Positions 39,074 to 48,867 of a stretch of 64,000 nt of DNA are shown here, piece by piece. The translations under genes were made by a program, and so were the position numbers. The stretch lies in the NCBI GenBank assembly GCA_964616485.1, contig CAZTRB010000005.1:11592-75591 (forward strand). The letters run 5' to 3'. Source of the stretch: an uncultured Muribaculaceae bacterium (GTDB lineage: Bacteria > Bacillota_I > Bacilli_A > RF39 > UBA660). The first letter of the stretch is position 1. Every line of letters begins with the position of its first letter. The notes beneath the pieces are model-generated. The model was not told the DNA's origin and did no database searches. It was given only the letters and a program-made list of their open reading frames with translations.

Positions 39074-40213
39074 TTAATTATTTAAAAGTTCATTAAACCA
39101 TACTGTAGGATATCCAAAATATGGTAGAGAAACATTATATTTTGCAACTATGTCTTCCGGATAAACTCTCCAGTTATCTTCTGACGAATTATTATCTCCT
39201 TTTGTTATGAGATAATCTATATCACCATTAGATAATCTACTTATATAATTAATCCTGTGAACGACATAGGTATTATCGTATCTATAATAGATTATATCAT
39301 ATTGAACTAAATTATTAATATCTTTATCACTTAATTTTTCTAAAATTAATAAATCTCCTCTTTTAAAAGTATCTTTCATACTATCGGATAAAACGGCCAT
39401 CGGATAATAATTAAATACTCTTAAGATAAACATTATTAATACCGATACGACGATGGCAAGAATAGTTATACCACCATTCTTTTCATCGATAAACCTTCTC
39501 GTTCTAGAATCGCTATTATTAACCAAGGTACTTATATTAAAATAGACGAACATCGGTAGCAACAAACCGAATAGAGTCGTTACAATCCAGGGATGGCTAG
39601 GTAAAATAGGTAAGATGATTAGTAATAGTCTCGTCCATACCAAGTAGATTATAGTCGTCTTATACTTCATATTTCTTTGTAAATAAGTCATGACATAACT
39701 AGTTATAATAAGCGGAAGGACTAATGAAGAAAACATCTTAAAAAGATAACTAAACTCACTTACAGAGAAAATATATAAGACATTCATACTACTGAAAGCC
39801 AATAAAAATGAAATGATACTATTATTAATTAAAGTATCTTTGGAGTTGGTAATTAACTTATATCTTATATACTCGTTTACCGTTATCGTTCCAATAGTAG
39901 TAAAAACAACTTTTAAAAGAGTAATTAAAGACCTATTATATATCGATTTCTCATAACCAAAGAAAAGACCAGACATAAAATATATTAAAGAATATATTAT
40001 TAAGATTATTATTATGTTTTGAGTCTTATCGTAGTTATCTTTGCTCTTAGTATATTTAGTATCGAATAAAAAGAAGAAAGTAACTGCTATTATCGATAAA
40101 ATTATCATATTCATTATTCCTGCATACACAGAGAAGATAGAAGTAACTAGATAATTTTGAAATATTATATATAAAAACAGTATTATATATGTTAAATATA
40201 TTTTCTTCATCAT
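39074..40213 (-). CDS. archaeal/ER-type signal peptidase I (SipW-like) fused to an N-terminal polytopic (~8 TM) membrane domain
   Basis: C-terminal domain AVLSDSMKDTFKRGDLLI ... HRI ... TKGDNNSSED resembles the SipW SGSMEP/His/GDNN catalytic blocks. AGGAGG RBS immediately before ATGATG at 40213/40210; the ORF-track extension is translation of the RBS. Confidence 0.65.
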   Translation of the reverse strand: MMKKIYLTYIILFLYIIFQNYLVTSIFSVYAGIMNMIILSIIAVTFFFLFDTKYTKSKDNYDKTQNIIIILIIYSLIYFMSGLFFGYEKSIYNRSLITLLKVVFTTIGTITVNEYIRYKLITNSKDTLINNSIISFLLAFSSMNVLYIFSVSEFSYLFKMFSSLVLPLIITSYVMTYLQRNMKYKTTIIYLVWTRLLLIILPILPSHPWIVTTLFGLLLPMFVYFNISTLVNNSDSRTRRFIDEKNGGITILAIVVSVLIMFILRVFNYYPMAVLSDSMKDTFKRGDLLILEKLSDKDINNLVQYDIIYYRYDNTYVVHRINYISRLSNGDIDYLITKGDNNSSEDNWRVYPEDIVAKYNVSLPYFGYPTVWFNELLNN

Positions 40214-40310
40214 GGTCCTCCTATTATAAATATTATATACTACAACAAAGAAAAAAAACAACTTTTACAGTCTTTTGTACTGTTTAATTGTTTTTTTGTA
40301 AACTTATCTT

Positions 40311-40826
40311 TTAACGAACTACATAGTCAAGTGTCAGCCTCAAGTCTTTTGTTAAGTCTTCAGCGGTAACTTCTTCAGTCATATCTGGATTATAATAAGC
40401 TATAACTTCAAATAATTTGCTTTGTCCGACTTGTAATACTTCACCGGCTTCTATTCCGTTTATTGTATAAATAATAAATCCTTCTCCATAGTCTTTAGGA
40501 TTTAATTCAATGGCATTTAATTTAGCATCTAGGTTTCCTTGATTTCTAACATTAACAACATATTTAACGGTATCACCAGGATCGACAAAAGTAGCGCTAA
40601 ATATAGCGGTCTTAGAATCTAAAACGGTCGATTCTAAACTTTTTCCACTTCCCTCAGTCTCTGTGCTATTAATTGCCGTTATCGCGACGTCAAAGTCAGG
40701 GTTAACGATCGTAGCACTTCCTTTTATTTCTAACTGCGTAGATAAAAGAGCATACCCTACTGACACAAAAACAAGTGCAACTAGTAAAGCTCCAATCATC
40801 GTATTTTTCTTATCTTTATTGCTCAT
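40311..40826 (-). CDS. TasA/camelysin (peptidase M73)-like secreted protein, putative SipW substrate
   Basis: Lys-rich N-terminus plus hydrophobic signal KKNTMIGALLVALVFVSVGYA. Core FVDPGDTVKYVVNVRNQGNLDAKLNAIEL resembles the CalY/TasA LKPGDSVKKEF..QNSGSL block. AGGAGGA RBS. Confidence 0.5.
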   Translation of the reverse strand: MSNKDKKNTMIGALLVALVFVSVGYALLSTQLEIKGSATIVNPDFDVAITAINSTETEGSGKSLESTVLDSKTAIFSATFVDPGDTVKYVVNVRNQGNLDAKLNAIELNPKDYGEGFIIYTINGIEAGEVLQVGQSKLFEVIAYYNPDMTEEVTAEDLTKDLRLTLDYVVR

Positions 40827-40880
40827 ATAATCCTCCTATAATAAATTTTAATATATATGGCTTTTATTGTCAATTATTCG

Positions 40881-41948
40881 CTATGAATCTACTACTTTTA
40901 ATTTAAGACGAATCATACTCTTAACCTGATTAAATTGTTCAGTAGAATGAAACATTGTCTGTGAAATTGTCGTTGAACCTACTTTATCACCAGTTACGAC
41001 CCATTCGTAATAGTTTGTTCTTAAGAATGTACTAGGGTCTTTTCTATTTACATAAGGTTCAGAAACAGCTGTCGCATAGTTTTGCCAACCTTTAGCACCA
41101 TCAGCCGTCGTCCTTTGAAGCTGTTTTATTTTACCAGCACTAACTGGAAGTTTTACGATTATTCTAATAGTCTCTCCCTTTTTTACGACTATTTCATCAT
41201 CTCTTTTATATTCTTTTCCGTTATACCAAAGAGTAGGAGTTTGGGCTACTTTACCTATTTTAGGTGAGATATAATAATCATCATTATCAATATCTCCGAC
41301 AAAAGCCCTAGCTTCTTCATCGAGACTAAGATTAGTACTAGTTATTTGACTATTGACTATCTTTTTAACTTCTTCTTCCTTTATTTTAATCTCTTCTATT
41401 TTAGTAGTAGTAACTCCTTTAATAGAGGCTATCTCTTTATCAATACTCTCTTTTAAAATCGTCAAAGTTCTAAAGTCACTATCGACATTCGTCGTTAATT
41501 CATCTTTAGTAGATTGATAAGTCTTATAAGCACTAGTTAAAGTAGTCGTCTCTTCATTATTACTATCTAACTCGTATTTAGGTGAAGGTTCTCTTAGTTT
41601 ATCAAGAGTCTCTTTATTTTTCTCATACTGTAAATCTAAATCTTTAAAAGTCTCTAACATCGATACTAGATTGTTTACTATGCGTTCTGAAACTGGAATC
41701 AATGCTTGTTCGACATTTTTATTAAGATTTTTAATAGCTTCTATTATCTGTGGTAAAAACTCGGACTTTAAATACTCTTGTCCCGCTTCTTTCCAATTCT
41801 CACCGCTCATCGAATCTAATAGATTTGTGTCTATATCAACTATTTTAGTAACATCTTCAAGCACCCTTTTCGCTTTGTTAACAAGTTCTTTTTCACTTTT
41901 GAGTTTTTCATAATAATTATCGTAAGGATTAATATAAAAAATTGCCAT
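40881..41948 (-). CDS. two-domain protein: N-terminal helical LXG/WXG-like domain plus C-terminal beta-rich domain of unknown function
   Basis: N-terminal LDSMSGENWKEAGQEYLKSEFLPQIIEAI resembles the LXG-domain consensus (..G.aadaikaYfe..h.Pllqal). Central coiled-coil region. C-terminal ~150 aa beta-rich. Confidence 0.4.
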   Translation of the reverse strand: MAIFYINPYDNYYEKLKSEKELVNKAKRVLEDVTKIVDIDTNLLDSMSGENWKEAGQEYLKSEFLPQIIEAIKNLNKNVEQALIPVSERIVNNLVSMLETFKDLDLQYEKNKETLDKLREPSPKYELDSNNEETTTLTSAYKTYQSTKDELTTNVDSDFRTLTILKESIDKEIASIKGVTTTKIEEIKIKEEEVKKIVNSQITSTNLSLDEEARAFVGDIDNDDYYISPKIGKVAQTPTLWYNGKEYKRDDEIVVKKGETIRIIVKLPVSAGKIKQLQRTTADGAKGWQNYATAVSEPYVNRKDPSTFLRTNYYEWVVTGDKVGSTTISQTMFHSTEQFNQVKSMIRLKLKVVDS

Positions 41949-41964
41949 TTAATCACATCCTTTA

Positions 41965-42288
41965 TTAATTTATATCTAATTTGCTAGTATTGTCTTCTAA
42001 AAATTGAATTCGATTTCTTTCATCGGTATTATAAGCTTCGATTGCTTCTTCTAAAAACAAAATCAAACTCTCTAATTCTTTTATTTCTAAAGGAAAGTTT
42101 TCACTTATCTTTAAATACTTGTCATACATAATTTGTTGAGTCTTACCAACCCAAACATCAGTTTCTCCATTTATTTGCTTTAGATTATGATCTAATTCAT
42201 CGAATTTACTTTCAAGACTAAACTTTTTTTGTTTTAAAAGAGCTACTACTTTTTCAAGTTCTTTAGTATTAATATCTAAATTCATCAT
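41965..42288 (-). CDS. WXG100-superfamily small helical protein
   Basis: 107 aa, predicted helical hairpin with central W-V-G (ETDVWVGKTQQIMYDKY). ATGA overlap with the upstream gene. Confidence 0.55.
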   Translation of the reverse strand: MMNLDINTKELEKVVALLKQKKFSLESKFDELDHNLKQINGETDVWVGKTQQIMYDKYLKISENFPLEIKELESLILFLEEAIEAYNTDERNRIQFLEDNTSKLDIN

Positions 42289-42587
42289 AGCTTATCACCG
42301 TCTTTTCTCATTTCAGCAACAAACTCATTATTTCTCTTAGTGTATACCCCCATACAATAGTCTATCTTTTCATAGATTCTTTTCAACCTATGATTCTCAT
42401 ATTTACTTTTTGAAATAAATCCACGATACTTATCACAAAAAGCATCACTATCGACGCCTTTCCAATTTTGTTCGATTATCGGAAGTAAGTCTTCTATTTC
42501 TTTAATTACTTTTTCTATCTCTTCATACTTAGTCTCAATAGATAACGAAACACTATCCATTTCTTGAAATTTAACTTTTAGTTTCAT
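42285..42587 (-). CDS. WXG100-superfamily small helical protein
   Basis: 100 aa. IEQNWKGVDSDAFCDKYRGF matches the WXG100 hallmark (W-x-G followed by a ..F...F helix). AAGGAG RBS. Confidence 0.6.
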   Translation of the reverse strand: MKLKVKFQEMDSVSLSIETKYEEIEKVIKEIEDLLPIIEQNWKGVDSDAFCDKYRGFISKSKYENHRLKRIYEKIDYCMGVYTKRNNEFVAEMRKDGDKL

Positions 42588-42588
42588 A

Positions 42589-43482
42589 TTAAACTCCTTG
42601 CTTCAATACATCGATATATATTTCGTTAGTCAATAGGGTTTCAACGGTAATATCTAACTTTTTAGCGATGTTATTGATATAGTTTTTATATATACTCATC
42701 TCTTTATTAGTTAAGCCATCCGGTATTTCAGGAGCATAATAAAGAGAGTGAAAAGTTTTAAACAAAAGAGTCTTATTTTTATCCTCGATTAATAGTTCGG
42801 AAAAAGTAATATTACTTGATTCTGCTACTTTTTCTAGATGTTCTTTAGTTATTAAAAAAGTCAGGCTTTGTTCAAAAATATTAAAATCTTTGTTTTTTGC
42901 TAACAATTCTAAAAGTTGTTTTTGAATGACAAAATTATCTTCTGTAGAAAAAACTAAATTTGGTGCGAATCTTTTTAAGTAGAAGATTAAGGCCTTAGTG
43001 TTTTGGCCTCCAAATAAAAGACGATTTAAATTAAATGGGTCTTTTTCGTTAACGTTTTGAACTAGCAAACTTTGTCCAAACGAATCGAAATCAGCAAGGT
43101 CCGTAATCTGGCTATTAGGAAGCATGCTTGGTCCACCTACAGTCTCTCCAATTACACCACTAAATCCACCACCTCCAGTATAGCCACTATAACCACTACC
43201 ATTATTAGTATCATCTTCGACAATCTTACCAAGATTCTCTTCACTAGTTATCATGTCTTCACTATGTCCTCTAAGTCTTCTAATTAATTGTGTTTTATTT
43301 GTAGCAAGACTATCTACGTCTTTTTTAATATCTTCGGCAACAGTCGATAGTTCTAATTCTTTAAATACAGCAAAATCAGTAGCCACCGAAGTAGCGACTG
43401 CTTCCAAAAGGGCCGAAGTCTCTGATAACTTACTAATTACTTCTTCTAATTCTGCAGAGTTATAAATTATTTCATTTGTCAT
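42589..43482 (-). CDS. hypothetical protein with an N-terminal WXG100-like helical hairpin, Gly-rich linker and ~170-aa C-terminal domain
   Basis: N-terminal 90 aa helical (SAELEEVISKLSETSALLEAVATSVATDFAVFKELE). Linker GSGYSGYTGGGGFSGVIGETVGG. Only 18 bp downstream of the der stop. Confidence 0.45.
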   Translation of the reverse strand: MTNEIIYNSAELEEVISKLSETSALLEAVATSVATDFAVFKELELSTVAEDIKKDVDSLATNKTQLIRRLRGHSEDMITSEENLGKIVEDDTNNGSGYSGYTGGGGFSGVIGETVGGPSMLPNSQITDLADFDSFGQSLLVQNVNEKDPFNLNRLLFGGQNTKALIFYLKRFAPNLVFSTEDNFVIQKQLLELLAKNKDFNIFEQSLTFLITKEHLEKVAESSNITFSELLIEDKNKTLLFKTFHSLYYAPEIPDGLTNKEMSIYKNYINNIAKKLDITVETLLTNEIYIDVLKQGV

Positions 43483-43500
43483 ATAATCACCTACTTATTA

Positions 43501-44805
43501 TTAATCACTTCTATTTTTAAACTGTAATACTATCGGAGTACCACTTAATTCAAAATTTTCTCTTAATTTATTTTCTAAATATCTCTCGTATGAAAAGTGA
43601 ACGAGATTTTTATTATTAACATGAAATGTATATTTAGGAGGTTTCTTTCCCGTTTGATTGACAAAATATATCTTAAGTCTCTTACCTTTATAAGATGGTG
43701 GTGGATTTAATGTGTATGCTTCAATCATAACTTCAGATAAAAGACTACTCGCTATTTCTCTACTTATATTTTCTTTTACTTTAAGTATCTCAGGCATAAT
43801 AGTATGAATTCTCTTTTTAGTTAAAGCCGATGTAAATACGATCGGTACATAACTTAAAAATTGAAACTCTGATCTTACTTTCTTAGTATATTCTCTTATA
43901 TCCATATCTTTAACAGTATCCCATTTGTTAACGACGATTATTAATCCTTTACCACTTTCCAAGACATATCCGGCAATATGTTTATCATGCTCGATAATTC
44001 CTTCTTCCGCATTAATTACTAAGAGACAAATATCGCTACGATCAATCGCCTTCATACTTCTAAGAGCACTATACTTCTCAATATTTTCAAATATTCGTCC
44101 CTTTTTTCTTAATCCAGCTGTGTCGATAGCTACAAACTCTTCATCGTTATATCTGAACACCGTATCAACGGCATCTCTAGTCGTTCCAGGAACATCACTA
44201 ACAATTAAACGGTCTTCATTTAAAAGAGCATTTATAATACTACTCTTACCGACATTGGGCCTTCCAACGACGGAAAACTTTAAACGATTATCTTCTATTG
44301 AATAATCTCTCTTCGGTAAATGCGATACTATTTCATCGAAAAGTTCGATGAAACCGATATTATGCTCTCCACTTACTTGAACATAACTATCGAATCCAAG
44401 CTCATAAAAATCATAGATATTATCGATACTCTTTTTACTATCTACCTTGTTAATAACGACTATTACTTCCTTGTTACTTTTTCTTAACATATCTCTTACT
44501 AAATAGTCGTTACTAGTCAAGCCCTCTTTACCATCGACGATAAATAACACGACATCGGCTTGTTCGATAGCAATTTCCGCTTGCATTTTTATTACGTCAT
44601 TAAATTTTATCTCTTCACTATCGATACCACCGGTATCAATAACATTGAACTTATAATCTCCGTAAGTAGTATCACTATATATCCTGTCTCTAGTAACTCC
44701 AGGAGTATCTTCGATAATAGATATTCTTGAACCGACCATACGATTGAAGATTGTGCTTTTTCCAACATTAGGCGTTCCGACTAATGCGATAATTGGAAGG
44801 TTCAT
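43501..44805 (-). CDS. der: ribosome-biogenesis GTPase Der (EngA), tandem G domains plus KH-like domain
   Basis: Two Walker A motifs (GTPNVGKST, GRPNVGKSS) and a C-terminal KH-like region. Confidence 0.95.
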   Translation of the reverse strand: MNLPIIALVGTPNVGKSTIFNRMVGSRISIIEDTPGVTRDRIYSDTTYGDYKFNVIDTGGIDSEEIKFNDVIKMQAEIAIEQADVVLFIVDGKEGLTSNDYLVRDMLRKSNKEVIVVINKVDSKKSIDNIYDFYELGFDSYVQVSGEHNIGFIELFDEIVSHLPKRDYSIEDNRLKFSVVGRPNVGKSSIINALLNEDRLIVSDVPGTTRDAVDTVFRYNDEEFVAIDTAGLRKKGRIFENIEKYSALRSMKAIDRSDICLLVINAEEGIIEHDKHIAGYVLESGKGLIIVVNKWDTVKDMDIREYTKKVRSEFQFLSYVPIVFTSALTKKRIHTIMPEILKVKENISREIASSLLSEVMIEAYTLNPPPSYKGKRLKIYFVNQTGKKPPKYTFHVNNKNLVHFSYERYLENKLRENFELSGTPIVLQFKNRSD

Positions 44806-44871
44806 ATAATCACCTCGATTTTCTTAATTATAGCAAATTTTCTCATCTTTGTTAACAAAAAAAGAAATAAA

Positions 44872-45462
44872 CTATTTCTCTTTTACTATTTGTTCTATTT
44901 GATTGACAATCTCTTCGCGTCCTAATTTAGTAACACTTGAAAAAAGAACGATATTGTCTCCGACAATTATATCTAAAGTATCTTTAAGTTGTTTTAAATT
45001 CTTCTCTTTTTCTCTAGAACTAACTTTATCTGTCTTTGTAGCAACGATCGTTACCGGTATTTGATAATGCTTTAAATAATTATACATTAAGACATCATCA
45101 CTACTAGGTTTATGACGAAAATCGACTAATAGAAAGACTCTCTTTAACTCGTCTCTTTTCTCCAAATACTCTTCTACCATAAGACCAAACTTCTTAATTT
45201 CCTCTTTACTAGTATCAGCATAACCGTAACCGGGCACATCGACTAAATAAAAGCTATTATCGACATTAAAGAAATTTAAAGTACTAGTCTTTCCAGGCTT
45301 AGAAGAAATACGAGCCATGTTTCTTCTATTGACAATCGTATTTAAGAAACTACTCTTACCGACATTACTGCGTCCTAACATAATGAATTCTTTCATGCCA
45401 TCTTCCGGATATTGACTTCTTCTAACGGCACTTATAAATAAATCGACATTATTAAAATTCAT
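44872..45462 (-). CDS. engB: ribosome-biogenesis GTPase EngB (YsxC/YihA)
   Basis: GRSNVGKSSFLN ... DVPGYG ... TKTDK. Start taken at ATG 45462 (AAGGTGAG RBS); the ORF-track start is a TTG extension. Confidence 0.85.
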   Translation of the reverse strand: MNFNNVDLFISAVRRSQYPEDGMKEFIMLGRSNVGKSSFLNTIVNRRNMARISSKPGKTSTLNFFNVDNSFYLVDVPGYGYADTSKEEIKKFGLMVEEYLEKRDELKRVFLLVDFRHKPSSDDVLMYNYLKHYQIPVTIVATKTDKVSSREKEKNLKQLKDTLDIIVGDNIVLFSSVTKLGREEIVNQIEQIVKEK

Positions 45463-46426
45463 CTCTCTCACCTTGACTTTCAATATACTCTTTACAAGTA
45501 TTGTCTAAATCTCTAATAAAAGGCATGACTTCATCCATACTAGAAAGTCTAGCACCAGAAGCAAATTGATGACCTCCACCCCTATATTTTTCAGCTACAG
45601 TATTTATTATCGGACCACGTGATCTAATATTAAACTTGATTATATTATTTTTAATATCTTCTGATACCGTAACCCATACCAAGATTTCTTCGATATTATT
45701 AAAGTTATTTATTAAGTTTCCAGCACTACTAGCATCTACTCCATACTCGGTCATTATATCGTTAGTAATGATTGTATAAGCAAGCTTATTGTCAGTAACA
45801 ATCATGTTTTGAGATATATAACCTTGTAATTTTATCTCATTTAAAGGCCTTAAATATAACTTTTGATATAAGTCTTCGACATCTAAGTGATACTTCTCAA
45901 TAAGCTCGGCAACAATTCTCAAAGTATTGTGATTACTATTGAAAAGGAATCTGTTAGTGTCCGATATTATACCTAAAAACAAATACTTAGCTACCTCTTC
46001 ATCAAGTTGTAAGTTGTTTTCTTTTATAAAACGATAGACTAATTCTGAGGCACTACTTGCCGTAGTATCTACATACTCTAAAGGGCCGAAAACATCGATT
46101 GCTGGATGATGGTCTATCTTGCATATCTCTTTATACAAATCGACATTAGAAGCTTCAATTCTCTTCATATCGGGCGTATCGACGACGATAAGTAAAGCTT
46201 CTTTATCTTTAGGATCAAACTTATCTAATTTAGGAAAATAGTTATACTTAGCACTCTTAGCTCCGACTGCATATATTTCTTTATCTTTAAAGGCTAACTT
46301 TAAAGATTCTTTTAAAGCTAGTTGTGCTCCCAAGGCATCGGGATCAACTCCGATATGCCTAGCGATTACTATTATCTTATATTCTTTTACTTTTTTATAT
46401 ATTTTTTTTAACATTGGTACATCCAT
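45452..46426 (-). CDS. nrnA: DHH/DHHA1 phosphoesterase NrnA (oligoribonuclease/pAp phosphatase)
   Basis: IVIARHIGVDPDALGA (DHH region) and C-terminal GGGHQFASGA (DHHA1). Confidence 0.85.
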   Translation of the reverse strand: MDVPMLKKIYKKVKEYKIIVIARHIGVDPDALGAQLALKESLKLAFKDKEIYAVGAKSAKYNYFPKLDKFDPKDKEALLIVVDTPDMKRIEASNVDLYKEICKIDHHPAIDVFGPLEYVDTTASSASELVYRFIKENNLQLDEEVAKYLFLGIISDTNRFLFNSNHNTLRIVAELIEKYHLDVEDLYQKLYLRPLNEIKLQGYISQNMIVTDNKLAYTIITNDIMTEYGVDASSAGNLINNFNNIEEILVWVTVSEDIKNNIIKFNIRSRGPIINTVAEKYRGGGHQFASGARLSSMDEVMPFIRDLDNTCKEYIESQGERDEF

Positions 46427-46427
46427 T

Positions 46428-47609
46428 CTATTTGTTAATTATTTCCACCGTATCTCTTGCAATCATTAACTCTTCGTCCGTCGGTACAGTATATACTAAG
46501 ACACTAGAGTCTTCACTACTAATTTTAGCAAAAGTACCACGAGCTTTATTAGCTTCATTGTCTATCTTAATTCCAAGACAATTTAGTTTCTCGATTATTT
46601 CTGCACGAGATTCAGGACTTCGCTCACCTATTCCCGCCGTAAAGCAAATAGCGTCTACTTTACCTAACTGAACATAATACTGAGCTATATATTTAACGAT
46701 CGAGTTAACGAACATCTCTTGAGCGAGAATACAGTTTTCATCTCCTCTTTTAATACCTTCTTCGATATCGCGAGAATCACTACTTACGCGGCTTACTCCT
46801 AAAAGACCAGATTTCTTATTTAAGTCATTCATTACCTCGGTAGCACTCTTTCCTTCTTTTTCCATAACATAAGGAATAATAGATACGTCGATATCACCAC
46901 TTCTTGTTCCCATTACGACACCGGCATGAGGAGTAAATCCCATCGAAGTATCGATACATTTACCGTCTCTAACAGCAGTTATACTAGAACCGTTACCTAA
47001 GTGACAAGAGATAATATTAATATCTTCTCTTCCTAATTCTTCCATCATACGAAGAGTAATAAACCTGTGAGAAGTACCGTGAGCCCCATATTTTCTAACC
47101 GAATAATCTTCATACCAAGTATGTGGTACCGGATACAAGTATCTCTCTCTTGTCATCGTTTGATGAAACGCTGTATCAAAAACAGCTACCATCGGAGTCT
47201 TTGGTAAAACTTCTCTAAAAGCCTCGATACACGTGACATTTGCCGGATTATGAAGTGGAGCAAATTCATTGAAACTAATTATATCTGCTAATACTTCATC
47301 AGTTATCATGATCGAAGAGACATACTTGTCTTTACCATGAACGACACGATGACCAACTCCCTCTATCTCTTCATAATTAGAGATTACTTGGAGTTCTATT
47401 AATTTATCTAATAAGAGTTTAACGGCTACTGCATGATTTTCTAATTCATTTTCAACAACGATCTTATCACCCTTATACTTTAGAGCATAACGTCCTCCCT
47501 CAATTCCTATTCTTTCAAATAGTCCTGATATTAAAACTTCTTCACTATTAATATCAAATAAAGAAAATTTTAAAGAACTACTTCCTGCATTAATCGACAT
47601 TATTTTCAT
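46428..47609 (-). CDS. ackA: acetate kinase
   Basis: MKIMSINAGSSSLKFSLF plus conserved acetate kinase blocks. AAGAGG RBS. Confidence 0.95.
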   Translation of the reverse strand: MKIMSINAGSSSLKFSLFDINSEEVLISGLFERIGIEGGRYALKYKGDKIVVENELENHAVAVKLLLDKLIELQVISNYEEIEGVGHRVVHGKDKYVSSIMITDEVLADIISFNEFAPLHNPANVTCIEAFREVLPKTPMVAVFDTAFHQTMTRERYLYPVPHTWYEDYSVRKYGAHGTSHRFITLRMMEELGREDINIISCHLGNGSSITAVRDGKCIDTSMGFTPHAGVVMGTRSGDIDVSIIPYVMEKEGKSATEVMNDLNKKSGLLGVSRVSSDSRDIEEGIKRGDENCILAQEMFVNSIVKYIAQYYVQLGKVDAICFTAGIGERSPESRAEIIEKLNCLGIKIDNEANKARGTFAKISSEDSSVLVYTVPTDEELMIARDTVEIINK

Positions 47610-47665
47610 AAATTTACCTCTTTCAATAAGACTATTTTAACAAAGATTACCTTATTTGTGAACAC

Positions 47666-48853
47666 TTACAACAAATATTCAAAATTATCTTCTTCTTTTT
47701 CGGTAATGGTAATAGTCTCTATCTTACTTATCGTCTCATCAATCTTCGTTTCATAATCGATCTTTTTCTCTTCTTCTAGACACTCACTTAAGTAAGGATG
47801 AATAACGGGATGCTCTGGTACAAAGATCGTACAACAGTCTTCGAAAGGAAGAATGCTCGTATTATATGTATCTATTTCCTCAGCTATCTTAATTATATCT
47901 AATTTATCCATGCAAGCGACGGGTCTTATAACGGGCATATTAGTAACTTCGTTTATAACCGACATACTCCTAAGAGTCTGACTAGCTACTTGACCTATTG
48001 ATTCACCATTTATTAACACTTGGCACTTTCTTCTCTTAGCATATTTATCAGCTATCCTATACATCATACGACGCATGATCGTAATCATATAATCTTTACT
48101 CATATTTTGATAAATCGCTTCTTGTATATCGGTAAAAGGAACGATATGTAATTTAATTTCTTTGGTATAAGCAGCTAATTTTCTAGTAAGAGTAATGACT
48201 TTCTTTCTAGCATCTAAACTAGTATGAGGAAGTGCTTCAAAATATAACATCTCGGCATTAATTCCTCTTCTCATCGAAAGATAAGCGGCTACTGGCGAAT
48301 CGATACCACCACTTAACATGACTAACCCCTTACCCATACTATTAAGTGGATAACCACCTAAACCATTATAACTATCTGTATATATATAGACATATTCATT
48401 TCTAATCTCGATACTTACTAATAATTCTGGATTAGTAACATTAACCTTTTTATCTTTAGTATTCTTAAGTATAAGCCCACCCATTTGTCTAGAAAACTCA
48501 AGACTAGAGACGGGAAAAGTCTTATCACTACGTTTCGTTTCTACTTTAAACGTAGAAAAACTTTTATCTTTGATTATAGATAAAAGTGTCTTTTCGATAG
48601 TTTCAATATCTTTACTTATCTTATAAGCTAAAACATACTTATGAATTCCAAAAGTCTTATTAATTACTTTTAAAATCTCTTCTTTATCTTTAATATCAAA
48701 CTCTATATACATACGAGCAAGATCTTTTCTTATTTTAACATTATAATTAAGTAGTTTTTCATCTAAATCTCTATAAAGTAGACCTATAAAGAAATTACGA
48801 TTATTCTTTTTAGTATTAAGTTCACCATACTTAATCATTATAACTAGATTCAT
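47666..48853 (-). CDS. thiI: tRNA 4-thiouridine synthase ThiI
   Basis: THUMP domain followed by the PP-loop SGGIDSPVA. Start ATG 48853 preferred over the GTG inside the RBS. Confidence 0.85.
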   Translation of the reverse strand: MNLVIMIKYGELNTKKNNRNFFIGLLYRDLDEKLLNYNVKIRKDLARMYIEFDIKDKEEILKVINKTFGIHKYVLAYKISKDIETIEKTLLSIIKDKSFSTFKVETKRSDKTFPVSSLEFSRQMGGLILKNTKDKKVNVTNPELLVSIEIRNEYVYIYTDSYNGLGGYPLNSMGKGLVMLSGGIDSPVAAYLSMRRGINAEMLYFEALPHTSLDARKKVITLTRKLAAYTKEIKLHIVPFTDIQEAIYQNMSKDYMITIMRRMMYRIADKYAKRRKCQVLINGESIGQVASQTLRSMSVINEVTNMPVIRPVACMDKLDIIKIAEEIDTYNTSILPFEDCCTIFVPEHPVIHPYLSECLEEEKKIDYETKIDETISKIETITITEKEEDNFEYLL

Positions 48854-48867
48854 AAGCACCTCTTTTG

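Noticed and set aside
38019-43482. Interpreting the WXG/LXG-like operon as a bona fide type VII secretion system
   Set aside because: No FtsK/SpoIIIE-type ATPase (EssC) or other T7SS core component is present in the window. Only cargo-like proteins are visible, so I describe it as T7-associated-like rather than a secretion system.
47610-47665. Possible catabolite-responsive element (cre) upstream of ackA (TGTAAGTGTTCACA on the minus strand)
   Set aside because: Only a partial match to TGWAANCGNTNWCA; the central CG is missing. Too degenerate to call without a genome-wide motif model.
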